Origin: Candidatus Nomurabacteria bacterium
Lineage (GTDB): Bacteria > Patescibacteriota > Minisyncoccia > Phycocordibacterales > UBA918
Assembly (NCBI GenBank): GCA_023898565.1
Contig: CP060228.1
Span: 240,594 to 304,593 of the forward strand
DNA: 64,000 bases
Direction: 5' to 3'
Positions 43,501 to 52,481 of this stretch are shown here, piece by piece (positions within the stretch are counted from its first letter, which is position 1; every line of letters starts with the position of its first letter). The position numbers and the translations under genes are program-made. A model generated the notes under the pieces. The model ran no database searches and was not told the DNA's origin. It saw nothing but the letters and a program-made list of their open reading frames with translations.

Positions 43501-44223
43501 CAGTGTCCACGGGGTCGTTGTCCACGCGATAAGTGATGTATTTTCTTCATCTACCAGAGGAAATTCCACAAAGACTGAAATATCCTTGATGTCTTTGTAT
43601 CCAAGGTTTACCTCGAAGTTTGAGAGCGTCGTGCCACAGCGTGGACAGAGATGCATACTCTTAAACCCTTCAAACACCAAGCCCTTATCATGGAGTGATT
43701 TAAATACCCACCACACACTTTCGGTGTAGGTGCTATCCATAGTCTTGTAGTCGTTTTCCATGTCCACAAAGCGACCCATGCGCGGCACAATCTTCCGCCA
43801 ATCATCGGCGTACTCCATCACCGACTCGCGCGCTTCTTCATTAAAATTCTTCACCCCGTAGGTTTCGATGTCACGCTTGGTCGCCAGACCAAGCTTCTTT
43901 TCGATGAGGTTTTCAACCGGCAAGCCGTGACAATCCCAGCCCCACTGTCGCCGCACACGGTAGCCCTGCATGGTCCAAAAGCGTGGCACCGCATCCTTAA
44001 TGGTGCCAGCCAAGATGTGGCCGTAGTGCGGCATACCCGTCGCAAACGGCGGACCGTCATAAAATACGTAGTCACCTTTCGGCGCCCCGCCGGCTGGCGC
44101 CGTCAAACTTTTATTAAAAATATCGTGCTCCTGCCAAAATTCGAGCATCGATTCTTCGCGGAGTGCCACTTCAGACTTCTCCACTTCAACTACCTCAACA
44201 GTATCGTTGTTTTTGTTAGACAT
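40543..44223 (-). CDS. ileS: isoleucyl-tRNA synthetase (type 2) with ~230-aa inserted histidine-phosphatase-like domain
   Basis: HIGH (PHYGHILAG), KMSKS, and the conserved IleRS blocks WTTTPWTLP and AVSRQRYWGAPLPIW...IPDVFDCWFESGS. The insertion between the last two blocks contains FFITRHAES...YYSPLQRTKETA...VLVVSHNG. Confidence 0.85.
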   Translation of the reverse strand: MSNKNNDTVEVVEVEKSEVALREESMLEFWQEHDIFNKSLTAPAGGAPKGDYVFYDGPPFATGMPHYGHILAGTIKDAVPRFWTMQGYRVRRQWGWDCHGLPVENLIEKKLGLATKRDIETYGVKNFNEEARESVMEYADDWRKIVPRMGRFVDMENDYKTMDSTYTESVWWVFKSLHDKGLVFEGFKSMHLCPRCGTTLSNFEVNLGYKDIKDISVFVEFPLVDEENTSLIAWTTTPWTLPGNMALAVNQEIEYVKVKNVHLNRTSETWVKSESDDVDESSVVSPGAYILSKEIFWKNLNSGRSVMSALDQLFDREELEKNITNSAGDWGVFADFYPNQIEVLKGSELLGKKYEPPFPWLREQVAEAGEHAWTVLHADFVEVGEEGTGIVHIAPAYGEDDMKLGQAHGIPVKHHVTESGHFEDFVTDFAGQLVKPKDEGDITHMDADIEVIRALAARGRLFAKEKISHSYPHCWRCDTPLLNYATTSWFVDVPQIKDQLLAANNTVGWVPGHVGENRFGKWLEGARDWAVSRQRYWGAPLPIWRNTANGQVKIFGSLAELQKHVPDYGNQFFITRHAESALNTKGVLNRESGVENGITETGKEQVKALAAELRETGIDYIYYSPLQRTKETAEAVAAELGLSSDMLIADDRLLEMSFGEFEGKQVDEYHAFYETGMDRLTKRPEGGENWNDVRTRTGAFLYEVNAKLEGKKVLVVSHNGTMQMLQAVAKGDSAEVAAKHIEDNSYDLANAELRALPFTPMPHNDFYELDFHRPYIDDIELFDNGVKIERIPDVFDCWFESGSMPYAQFHYPFACQDTFETENFPAQFIAEGLDQTRGWFYSLIVLGTALFGKSPYENVIVNGLVLAEDGKKMSKSLQNYPDPMELADRVGIDAMRFYLLSSPVVRGEDLSFSEKEVLELQRKNIGRLHNVLTMYQMFAAAPAANDSTHVLDRWVLARLNQLIAESTEGYKKYELDKAVRPLTDFIDDLSVWYLRRSRERLKGDDAADRDRALATLRYTLRTLALVMAPVMPFYAEYLWQAVKEDDDAESVHLGAWPEGGEVDEEIILKMRETRELITMALEDRSKTNIKVRQPLNELRVRDLNGGLYEPFQSLVRDEVNVKMVSHDSNIENAVMIDANLTPALIAEGAVRELMRAIQGRRKTEGLAPSDAVTLTIATNEAGQQAIELHRELLTKTVGASKLVFAETEGESVQADDYEFVFAILKV

Positions 44224-44292
44224 AAAATTGTTTGGTTATGTATATCAGACATATAAACCACGTGTATCAGACGTGTTTTGGCATCCTAACAG

Positions 44293-44319
44293 AAAAAGCA
44301 GCTGCTGGGTAGCAGCTGC
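44293..44319 (-). terminator. terminator/attenuator hairpin in the ileS leader
   Basis: On the minus strand gcagctgct accc agcagctgc tttttct lies ~65 nt upstream of the ileS start. Confidence 0.45.
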
Positions 44320-44463
44320 AGTGATTGGAATCAGGCAAGAACAATCCACGAGGGATCAAGACTGGCATCTCCTTCCATCTCTTTTCTCCTTGCATACTCA
44401 GTGGACAACCCGTGAGTTTCTGTTTTTAGCATAACTTGTCCGATGTTTCTGCACAAGCATGTA

Positions 44464-44489
44464 GAAAGGCCGCCCGAAGGGCGGCCTTT
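44464..44489. terminator. bidirectional terminator
   Basis: aaaggccgcccgaagggcggcctttt. Confidence 0.55.
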
Positions 44490-44774
44490 TCGTAGGTGTG
44501 TCCATTCACGCCACCTTAAGCTGACGTACCGAGGCTCGCTCGGCGTGCCACTCAAAATGAGTCACTTCTGCCTTCCGGTGTCGGAGATCAACCACCCCCG
44601 GCGGAAGTGATTCCTCCTCAGAAGCAACACCGTACCAAGCGAACGGGAAGAACCAGACTTGAAACCAGAATGTCGGGGCAAACATGGCGCTCCTCCTCTT
44701 TCTCGTAACAATATAAACCAATGCTTTGTAAAGCGTACCCCCGTTATCTAAAAAACACAAGTTTCTGTAGTGCG

Positions 44775-45878
44775 TTACTCGATCCGCGTTTCAAGCTCTT
44801 TAGGTGCACCAACGACAACCTTCACCTCACGCCGCCCGAGTACTTGCCCGCGCTCAGTCTCAACACTACAGCGCCAAATGCCCGAAGTGAAATTAGCAAT
44901 ACGTGTGTATCCTCCATATCCAGCCTGATTACTCCCCGCAATGGCATACCCGATACGATCACCATACTGTGCCCAATCACCATTTACATCCTTGTATTCC
45001 CAGCGATGGTAAATTGTGGTCGAGAGTTTCGTTGGTGCATACACGCGAGCGAAGCACGCGATTGAACTGTGTGCCGGATGCAGTACATCATCAACAAACG
45101 GTATCTTACGGTACCACGGCTGCAGCTCATAGGTGACGCGATATGACTTACCTCCGTCTGCTGCCATCATCGTATCTACCGACTGCACTACATCAAGCGT
45201 GGTGAGGGAAAGCGGAATGGGCGGAATAATGCTCGTGAAGTAGAAAATGTTGAATAAGACATACACACTCCCAATCGAAAGAATCACCCGTTTGGTATTC
45301 AGCGCCATGAAGTGCGGCACAATACGATACAGAAGCTGCACCACAAAAATCACCAACATAAGTGCAATAAGACCACTGAGCACAAACATGCCATCTCCCA
45401 TCTTGCCGGTTAAGACCGGCAAGACCATAACCACATAAGAAAACAAACCTATAAAATACAATGTAATGTGATAGATCAATTTATCTGATCGCTTTCCAAT
45501 CATTTCATTGCCGAAAATAACGAAGACAATCAGGAGTAAAAATGGAGCGCTCGAAAACCAATCACCGCTACGGCCGTAAAAAATCAACATTCCTGACAGC
45601 AGTCCGCCAAACGCGTACTGCATTATCATCGGACTTGACCAATTAAAAAAGCGCACCAGGAAACGCGGCCCCTTTTCTGATACGCCCACATACAGCAGCA
45701 ACATCGAAATAGTGGCCAAGCAAACATAAAAAAGCAGGATGAGATTATCGAACAAATTATCGATCTGATTCAACAGAATCAGATCAGTCATAAATCCCAT
45801 CACAAACGCGATCGTCAACCAGTGATGTTTCAAAAAATACTCCGTTTTGCGCACAAAGTCTGCCATACTGGGTATCAT
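44775..45878 (-). CDS. polytopic membrane protein with C-terminal extracytoplasmic domain, hypothetical
   Basis: About 8 TM helices followed by a ~130-aa soluble domain. Confidence 0.5.
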   Translation of the reverse strand: MIPSMADFVRKTEYFLKHHWLTIAFVMGFMTDLILLNQIDNLFDNLILLFYVCLATISMLLLYVGVSEKGPRFLVRFFNWSSPMIMQYAFGGLLSGMLIFYGRSGDWFSSAPFLLLIVFVIFGNEMIGKRSDKLIYHITLYFIGLFSYVVMVLPVLTGKMGDGMFVLSGLIALMLVIFVVQLLYRIVPHFMALNTKRVILSIGSVYVLFNIFYFTSIIPPIPLSLTTLDVVQSVDTMMAADGGKSYRVTYELQPWYRKIPFVDDVLHPAHSSIACFARVYAPTKLSTTIYHRWEYKDVNGDWAQYGDRIGYAIAGSNQAGYGGYTRIANFTSGIWRCSVETERGQVLGRREVKVVVGAPKELETRIE

Positions 45879-45914
45879 ACCAAAAGAAAAGCGCCCGCGA
45901 AGCGGGCGCTTTTC

Positions 45915-47180
45915 TTATACATACACCTCAGGCACCGGAAACGCTTTGCAAAGCGTCTCTACTTCGTGCTTGATGCGTGCTTTTTCCTCCACGTCATCTT
46001 TTGCCTTGAGGGCTGCCATCATGAGTTCAGCAAGCTTTGTGGCCTCCCCTTCCTTCATGCCACGCGAGGTCATTGCCGGCGTACCAAAGCGAATTCCCGA
46101 CGGATCAAGCGCACTGCGTGTTTCATCGGCAATCATGTTTTTGTTAAGCGTAATACCTACCTCATCCAGCACTGCTTCCGCCTCAGCACCAGTGATACCA
46201 AGCGAACCATAGACATCAGCTAAGAGCAAGTGATTGTCAGTGCCGCCGCCCAGCAAGCGCACACCCGCGTCTTTAAATACCGCTTCCATCGCTTTGGCGT
46301 TCTTCAGTACTTGTACAGCATATATCTTAAAACTCGGCTTGAGCGCCTCACCAAATGCCACCGCCTTTGCCGCAATAATATGCATGTGCGGACCACCCTG
46401 CACTCCTGGGAAGACTGTCCTATTGATTCGCTTGGCGAGCTCTTCACTTTCACGCACTAAAATCATACCGCCTCGTGGGCCACGAAGGGTTTTGTGTGTC
46501 GTAGTGGTCATCACATCAAAACCATAATCGAATGGATTCTTCAGTGCACCACCGGCAATCAGTCCAGCAATGTGTGCCACATCTGCCACCGTGTACGCTC
46601 CCACCTCCCTGGCAATGGCGACAAACTTCGCATAATCGAGCTCACGACTGTAGGCTGAGAAACCAGCCAAAATAATCTTTGGCTTATGTTCTAGCGCGAC
46701 TGCCCTAAGCTCATCATAGTCGATCTCACCCGTCTCGACGTCCTTCATTTTGTAGCGAACGAAGTTGAAGACTTTATTAATACTAGTGGTTGGATGACCG
46801 TGTGTGAGATGACCACCGTGCGAAAGGTCCATTCCCAACACCGTGTCACCCGGCTCCATGAGCGCAAAGTACATCGCCATATTGGCAGCCGCACCCCCGA
46901 GCGGCTGGACATTCGCAAAGCGAGCCTTAAAAAGCTGTTTGGCACGCTCAATAGCGAGCGTCTCCACCACGTCAGTAAACTGCTGACCACCATAGTAGCG
47001 CTTGCCCGGATACCCTTCAGCGTACTTATTGGTAAAGACCGAACCAGCTGCTTCGCGGACTGCTTGTGAAACATAGTTTTCGCTCGGAATAAGCTCCACT
47101 CCCAGCCGCTCACGTTCTTCTTCACCCGTGAGCGCACCAAACACTTCCTTATCTTGTGCCTCAATATGTGTGTACTGCAT
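45915..47180 (-). CDS. glyA: serine hydroxymethyltransferase
   Basis: GGHLTHGHPTT and the PLP-binding TTTHKTLRGPRGG; start at M16. Confidence 0.9.
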   Translation of the reverse strand: MQYTHIEAQDKEVFGALTGEEERERLGVELIPSENYVSQAVREAAGSVFTNKYAEGYPGKRYYGGQQFTDVVETLAIERAKQLFKARFANVQPLGGAAANMAMYFALMEPGDTVLGMDLSHGGHLTHGHPTTSINKVFNFVRYKMKDVETGEIDYDELRAVALEHKPKIILAGFSAYSRELDYAKFVAIAREVGAYTVADVAHIAGLIAGGALKNPFDYGFDVMTTTTHKTLRGPRGGMILVRESEELAKRINRTVFPGVQGGPHMHIIAAKAVAFGEALKPSFKIYAVQVLKNAKAMEAVFKDAGVRLLGGGTDNHLLLADVYGSLGITGAEAEAVLDEVGITLNKNMIADETRSALDPSGIRFGTPAMTSRGMKEGEATKLAELMMAALKAKDDVEEKARIKHEVETLCKAFPVPEVYV

Positions 47181-47255
47181 AGAAAAAAATACTGAATGAT
47201 TAAAGTCGACTTTCACTATAAACACCTACACCATATGCAATGACACTAACCTAAA

Positions 47256-47651
47256 CTAGACCGTTTCAACCCCACCTAAATCCTCGGCCTGAATTAAATG
47301 AGCGTGGTGTATATGTTGTACCAAAAGCTGTGCAATTCTCTCACCAGCAACAAAGGTGCGCGGCTCACTACTCGTATTAAGTAATTCCACTTCAATTTCA
47401 TCGCGATAGCCCGAATCAACAAAACTGTGCGTTACTTTGATGGTATCTTTTGTCACCATTGCATTCTCTCCCCAAATAAGCCCAACATACCCAACCGGCA
47501 TCGCCATCGCCACTCCTGTCGGTATCGTTACTCGTTGCCCTGGAGTAATGGTCACCTCATGTAGTGCGTAGAGGTCAATGCCTGGGCCAGCTTCACTTTC
47601 ATAGGCTGGCAACTTCGCTTCTTCGTGTAGTCGTTTGATAAGAATTTCCAT
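47256..47651 (-). CDS. dut: dUTP diphosphatase
   Basis: Trimeric dUTPase motifs GIDLYA, GLIWGENAM(SG), GYRDEIEV and RIAQL. Confidence 0.8.
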   Translation of the reverse strand: MEILIKRLHEEAKLPAYESEAGPGIDLYALHEVTITPGQRVTIPTGVAMAMPVGYVGLIWGENAMVTKDTIKVTHSFVDSGYRDEIEVELLNTSSEPRTFVAGERIAQLLVQHIHHAHLIQAEDLGGVETV

Positions 47652-47662
47652 ACTATTTAATT

Positions 47663-48322
47663 TTACAACAACGGTCGAATAAGTCCGTATAGCTCGGTAT
47701 TGATATTGTCCTTACTGCGAAGCTTGTCATCCATAAGGCAAGAGACGATTTTCCACTTTTCTAACGCAGCAATACTAGCAGCGCATTTCTGCAGCGACGC
47801 TTGGTAATATTCGTCGGTTTCCGTATGACCGAGATTTGGCTTGCTTTCGTCTGTCGTGAGCAAAGCGTGGCGCATTTCTGCTGGCATATCTAAATACACC
47901 ACCATATCTGGCCGTGGCACCTTGAATACATCGTACTCCAGGCGCTGCAACCACAGCAGAAATGCGCCACGCTTCTCAACATCTGAAATTTTTGCTCCTT
48001 GGTGGAGCATGTTGGCAGTTACATAGCGATCAAGAATGACATGCTTCCCTTCCGCAAGCCAGCCGGCAATCAAATCTTTTGTCTCAAAGCGATCGCCGGC
48101 AAAAAGAATCGCGGCTAAGCGCGGATCAAGCTCAAGAAAATTTCCGTGAACCTCATCAATCCATTCTCTAATATACGATCCAAAAAAACTGTCTTCATAA
48201 CGTGGGAATTCTAAGGTCTCTACGGCAACCCCTTCTCCACGCAGTCGTTCGGCCAAAAGCCTCACTTGCGTTGCCTTTCCAGCCCCGTCTGCTCCTTCAA
48301 TAACGATTAGTTTTCCTGACAT
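47663..48322 (-). CDS. tmk: thymidylate kinase (copy 1)
   Basis: P-loop IVIEGADGAGKAT, DRY motif DRYVTANMLHQG, and lid region. Confidence 0.85.
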   Translation of the reverse strand: MSGKLIVIEGADGAGKATQVRLLAERLRGEGVAVETLEFPRYEDSFFGSYIREWIDEVHGNFLELDPRLAAILFAGDRFETKDLIAGWLAEGKHVILDRYVTANMLHQGAKISDVEKRGAFLLWLQRLEYDVFKVPRPDMVVYLDMPAEMRHALLTTDESKPNLGHTETDEYYQASLQKCAASIAALEKWKIVSCLMDDKLRSKDNINTELYGLIRPLL

Positions 48323-48370
48323 ATCTATCTGAATTTATGGCCTCATGGTACCACAACCCGGACGCTTTAC

Positions 48371-48781
48371 TTAATCAGTTGAATATCGACAGCTTTGTAA
48401 ATCAGCCTGATACAAAATCGCGTCAGGATTCTTCACAAACTTGCCATCCACCAACTGTCCGGTACGTGAATTAATCTCTTTGTACACCTCATCCATCACT
48501 TTGGCTGGGTCATACCCCAGCTTCGCGATTGCTCCCGTTGCAAACACGATAATATCCGCCATGGCATCGACCACCTTTTCAGCCTCTGGCTCAATCTCGC
48601 CCACAATTTCATTCGCTAAACGAAGTGCCTCTTCGCGGCCGCTCACACTATCGTACTTACCAGTGCTTTCTAGCAACTCTTCTGCAATGAATGACACCTC
48701 ATTTTTGAAATGAAATCCACGCTCTAAGAGTCCACGCTCATTATTCCAATCAACAATCTTCTGAAACATACTCATAGGCAA
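48371..48781 (-). CDS. MazG-like all-alpha nucleoside triphosphate pyrophosphohydrolase
   Basis: FQKIVDWNNERGLL...FIAEELLEST...EEALRLANEIVGE...DAMADIIVFA matches the MazG/HisE-like EExxE/D motif pattern. Confidence 0.5.
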   Translation of the reverse strand: MPMSMFQKIVDWNNERGLLERGFHFKNEVSFIAEELLESTGKYDSVSGREEALRLANEIVGEIEPEAEKVVDAMADIIVFATGAIAKLGYDPAKVMDEVYKEINSRTGQLVDGKFVKNPDAILYQADLQSCRYSTD

Positions 48782-48830
48782 AAATTCTGAGATAAATAAT
48801 TCCTATTGTAGCGAGCTGGGACAGAAACGC

Positions 48831-48865
48831 AAAAGGCCGGAATGAGCTTCGCTCATTCCGGCCTT
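48831..48865. terminator. bidirectional terminator
   Basis: aaaaggccggaatgagcttcgctcattccggcctt. Confidence 0.55.
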
Positions 48866-48874
48866 ACTTTACCC

Positions 48875-49531
48875 TTACAACAACACTTGACGCACTGTCC
48901 GATAAATCTCCTCATGAATATCCTCCCGCGCCCGCAACACCCCTTCGACAGTGCAGGCAATTTTCTGCCAGTTATTGAGGCCAGCCACCAGTGACTGTGC
49001 CGCAGTTTCAGTCGCCGTTTGATGCGCTTCGTCGAGCTCTGCCAAATCAAGCGCTTTGCGCGAACCGTCTCCTGCCAATAACCCCTTACGGACCGCAAAT
49101 GGCACCTCTAGGTACATAATGAGATCTGGTCGCGGAATCCCAAACACTCCATGCTCCACCTCATCAATCCAGTTTAGAAAATCAGCACGCTCAGTTTCAT
49201 CAGTAAGCTTTGCCCCTTGATGCAGCATATTCGCGCTCACATACCTATCCGCAATAACCACCGTGCCACCTTCAAGCCATTCACGGATTTGCCCTGATGA
49301 TTCAAAGCGGTCAGCCGCATAGAGCGCCGAGGCGATTCGCGGATCAATCTGCATGAAGTCGCCCCGCTTGCCATCCAGACACTCTCGAATGAGTGCGCCA
49401 AACGTATTGCTACTGTACTTAGGAAAATCAATCGTTTCCACCTTTCTTCCTTCTTGCAACAAACGCTCTTTCAAGAGTGCTACCTGTGTCGCCTTACCCG
49501 AACCGTCACTACCATCGATTACGAAAAACAT
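48875..49531 (-). CDS. tmk: thymidylate kinase (copy 2, paralogue)
   Basis: P-loop FVIDGSDGSGKAT and DRYVSANMLHQG; shares IPRPD and other blocks with copy 1. Confidence 0.8.
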   Translation of the reverse strand: MFFVIDGSDGSGKATQVALLKERLLQEGRKVETIDFPKYSSNTFGALIRECLDGKRGDFMQIDPRIASALYAADRFESSGQIREWLEGGTVVIADRYVSANMLHQGAKLTDETERADFLNWIDEVEHGVFGIPRPDLIMYLEVPFAVRKGLLAGDGSRKALDLAELDEAHQTATETAAQSLVAGLNNWQKIACTVEGVLRAREDIHEEIYRTVRQVLL

Positions 49532-49732
49532 ACTGATATCATCTTTATATCACACCGAATTAACAACCTGCAAAATCACATGCTTTATTTTTCAAAATAG
49601 TAAAAACGAAACACTTATAGCAACTCGTCAATAACAGTAACCAGATTGCTTTTGTTATGTTTGACACAGTTTCGTTCCTTACATGCGAAATGATTGTTAC
49701 AATGGTCTGATTACACCTAAAGGAGCAGGAAT

Positions 49733-50560
49733 ATGAAACAATACCTCGATACACTACGACACATCTACGAGCACGGCACTGATGTCGAGGGTCGCAATGG
49801 CATGACCAGAAAATTGATGGCCGAGCAGATGCGCTTCAATCTGGAGGACGGCTTCCCAGCAGTGACCACCAAAAAACTGGCCTTCAAAGCTGTGAAAAGT
49901 GAGCTCTTGTGGTTTATTGAAGGGACGGGTGATGAGAACCGCCTCAAAGAACTCAACGGCACAAACAACACCATTTGGACTGCCAACGCTGAGGCTGATT
50001 ACTGGAAGCCAAAAGCAAAATTCCCTGGCGACCTCGGCCGTGTCTACGGCGTACAGTGGCGACACTGGCAAAAGCCTGACGGGACGGAAATTGACCAACT
50101 CACGGAAGTGATTGAAAAAATCAAAAAAGACCCAAACGACCGACGTCTGATTGTCACTGCTTGGAATCCAGGCGAGCTCGACCAGATGGCACTCCCGCCA
50201 TGCCACATGACCTATCAGTTTTTCGTTGCCAACGGCAAACTTTCGCTCCACATGACCCAGCGTAGCTGCGACATGTTCCTCGGCGTACCATTCAATATTG
50301 CATCATACTCCCTACTCTTAGCCATGGTTGCACAAGTCACCGATCTCACTCCACACGAATGTGTTCTCACTTTGGTGGATGCGCACATCTACCACAACCA
50401 TTTCGACGCGGTGGAAGAGCAGCTCAAGCGCAACCCACACCCGCTACCAAAGCTCTGGCTGAATCCTGAGGTAAAAAGCATCTACGACTTCACCATGGAT
50501 GACATCAAACTGGAAGATTACCAGCACGATGAAACCATCAGAGCTGAGATGGCGGTTTAA
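49733..50560 (+). CDS. thyA: thymidylate synthase (ThyA)
   Basis: LPPCHMTYQFFV (catalytic Cys) and SCDMFLGVPFNIASYSLL. Confidence 0.9.
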   Translation: MKQYLDTLRHIYEHGTDVEGRNGMTRKLMAEQMRFNLEDGFPAVTTKKLAFKAVKSELLWFIEGTGDENRLKELNGTNNTIWTANAEADYWKPKAKFPGDLGRVYGVQWRHWQKPDGTEIDQLTEVIEKIKKDPNDRRLIVTAWNPGELDQMALPPCHMTYQFFVANGKLSLHMTQRSCDMFLGVPFNIASYSLLLAMVAQVTDLTPHECVLTLVDAHIYHNHFDAVEEQLKRNPHPLPKLWLNPEVKSIYDFTMDDIKLEDYQHDETIRAEMAV

Positions 50561-50563
50561 TAC

Positions 50564-50593
50564 GAAACCGCAGATTTACTCTGCGGTTTCTTT
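50564..50593 (+). terminator. hairpin between thyA and folA (attenuator/terminator)
   Basis: gaaaccgcagatttactctgcggtttcttt. Confidence 0.4.
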
Positions 50594-50619
50594 CTGAAAG
50601 ACACTGCAAGGAACCTACT

Positions 50620-51126
50620 ATGCCTCAACCACCTATTGTTATAGTCACTGCCATGAGTCGCCAGCATCAAGCTATTGGGATGAATAATAGCCTGCTTTGG
50701 CACGTACCAGCAGATCTCCAGCGCTTCAAAGAACTTACCCTAGGACACCCAATCATTATGGGACGGAAGACCTTTGAGTCGATTCTGGCGATTCTTGGCA
50801 AGCCACTACCAGGCCGCACCAATATCGTCGTTACTCGCGACGAAACGTATCGATACAACACCGCTAAGATCGCTCACTCCCTCGAAGAAGCAATTACTAT
50901 TGCAAATGAGGAGCAACCAGCTGAAATTCACATCGGCGGCGGCGCTGAGCTCTATCGTCAAGCAATTCCGCTTGTGAGCAAACTACATGTGACTTGGTTT
51001 GACAATGAGCCCGAAGCCGACACGTTCTTCCCTTCGTTTCTCGATGAGTTTATTGAAACAGCGATTTATGAGCCGCAAACTCATGAAGGCGTCACGTTTC
51101 AATGGGTTGATTACGTACGGGAGTAA
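50620..51126 (+). CDS. folA: dihydrofolate reductase
   Basis: IVIVTAMSRQHQAIGMNNSLLWHVPADLQRFKELTLGHPIIMGRKTFESI is a DHFR signature. Confidence 0.85.
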   Translation: MPQPPIVIVTAMSRQHQAIGMNNSLLWHVPADLQRFKELTLGHPIIMGRKTFESILAILGKPLPGRTNIVVTRDETYRYNTAKIAHSLEEAITIANEEQPAEIHIGGGAELYRQAIPLVSKLHVTWFDNEPEADTFFPSFLDEFIETAIYEPQTHEGVTFQWVDYVRE

Positions 51127-51132
51127 ACAAAG

Positions 51133-51165
51133 AAAAAGGCCGGCGCTACGCGCCGGCCTTTTTCT
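51133..51165. terminator. bidirectional terminator (folA / rplK)
   Basis: aaaaaggccggcgctacgcgccggccttttt. Confidence 0.6.
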
Positions 51166-51176
51166 TTTGCTGACTG

Positions 51177-51602
51177 TTAGTCAACCACTTTAATACCCAT
51201 TGAGTAACAAGTGCCTTCTACCGTCTTCATTGCCGCTTCGATTGAAGCAGCGTTGAGATCTGGCATCTTTTCCTCTGCCACCTCGCGCACCTGCGCTTTA
51301 GTGATGGTACCAGCTTGTGACACCGTGTTCTTACTAGAACCCTTGTCCTTGCCGATTTTCTTGAGAATCAGACGTGACATTGGTGATACCTTTACGATGA
51401 AATCAAAGCTACGATCGTCGTAAACATTGATAACACAAGGCACAACGTCACCCATACGTTCACGAGTCTGTTCGTTGAACTGATTAACGAATTCACCAAT
51501 GTTAATACCAGCCTGACCGAGTACCGGACCAAGCGGTGGAGCTGGGGTAGCCTTACCACCCACAGCTTGAACTTTTACTTGCTTAAGAAGTTTCTTTGCC
51601 AT
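51177..51602 (-). CDS. rplK: 50S ribosomal protein uL11
   Basis: MAKKLLKQVKVQAVGGKATPAPPLGPVLGQAGINI... Confidence 0.9.
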   Translation of the reverse strand: MAKKLLKQVKVQAVGGKATPAPPLGPVLGQAGINIGEFVNQFNEQTRERMGDVVPCVINVYDDRSFDFIVKVSPMSRLILKKIGKDKGSSKNTVSQAGTITKAQVREVAEEKMPDLNAASIEAAMKTVEGTCYSMGIKVVD

Positions 51603-51703
51603 GTTGTTTTATTTAAAACTGTTGCGTACGAGTAATAGTCCATAGTTACTACCCCCACTAGAAGCTCGCGTATCGTACAAGAGAAATACTGGTTTTGCAA
51701 GTT

Positions 51704-51730
51704 AAAAGCCGCTCTGCATGAGCGGCTTTT
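51704..51730 (-). terminator. intrinsic terminator
   Basis: aaaagccgctctgcatgagcggctttt. Confidence 0.5.
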
Positions 51731-51747
51731 GCCCAACAATCTAGCTG

Positions 51748-52371
51748 TTAAGCAGGTTTTTTAGAGATATATTGCTGCACTGGAACAAAACGAAGCAATG
51801 CACTAAAGAACGTCATGAGGAAATAAGCCCACGGCAAAAGATACTCTTGCGGCAACACTCCAGCCCTGTATTGAAGTAGCCACACTTCAAGCACAGTACC
51901 GAGAAGCCATGGAAACCAAGGCAGCGTGCCTTGTGTACGAGGATTAGCTACCAGCGCTTGCCACAATGGCACAACCGGCAGTAATCCGGCTATCAAACTA
52001 CACACCAGCACCAACAACGCGAGCGTCCTAGAGTCACCATCATAAAACACGAGTGCTCCACCCCACACAATCATGGTTCCAATCGCTAGCGCAAGCGACG
52101 ATTGACTCCACCGATCAGTCGACACTGTATAGCGACCACGCATGAATGCAGCGATCAACAGGGCCGCACTTCCGATCGCAGCAGCACCTGGAATCATCGC
52201 TGATACTCCAAGCTCCACCGCACTCACCACTTGCAGTAAGTCGACTACCAGCCAAATACTGAAAGCGAGAATCGCAGGCGCCGGACCATCGTCTCCTTTT
52301 TTGGAAAGTTCAAACACGTAGAGCACGTAGCCCGCGCAAAATACCAGACCAGGTATATATTCGTAGTTCAC
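51748..52371 (-). CDS. polytopic membrane protein, hypothetical (GTG start)
   Basis: The track ORF start (52482) lies inside the terminator hairpin at 52442-52470. An AAGGAG ribosome-binding site followed by a GTG at 52369-52371 gives VNYEYIPGLVF... Confidence 0.45.
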   Translation of the reverse strand: MNYEYIPGLVFCAGYVLYVFELSKKGDDGPAPAILAFSIWLVVDLLQVVSAVELGVSAMIPGAAAIGSAALLIAAFMRGRYTVSTDRWSQSSLALAIGTMIVWGGALVFYDGDSRTLALLVLVCSLIAGLLPVVPLWQALVANPRTQGTLPWFPWLLGTVLEVWLLQYRAGVLPQEYLLPWAYFLMTFFSALLRFVPVQQYISKKPA

Positions 52372-52441
52372 TGAAATGCTCCTTGAAAGTCCAGCAGCAT
52401 AATGCCGTGAAGCAGCTCTTTGGTCAATGGGGTACACACAC

Positions 52442-52470
52442 AAAAGGCCGGCGCTATGCGCCGGCCTTTT
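52442..52470 (-). terminator. terminator after nusG
   Basis: aaaaggccggcgctatgcgccggcctttt is one mismatch from the 51133-51165 hairpin. Confidence 0.55.
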
Positions 52471-52481
52471 GTGTGTGTACA

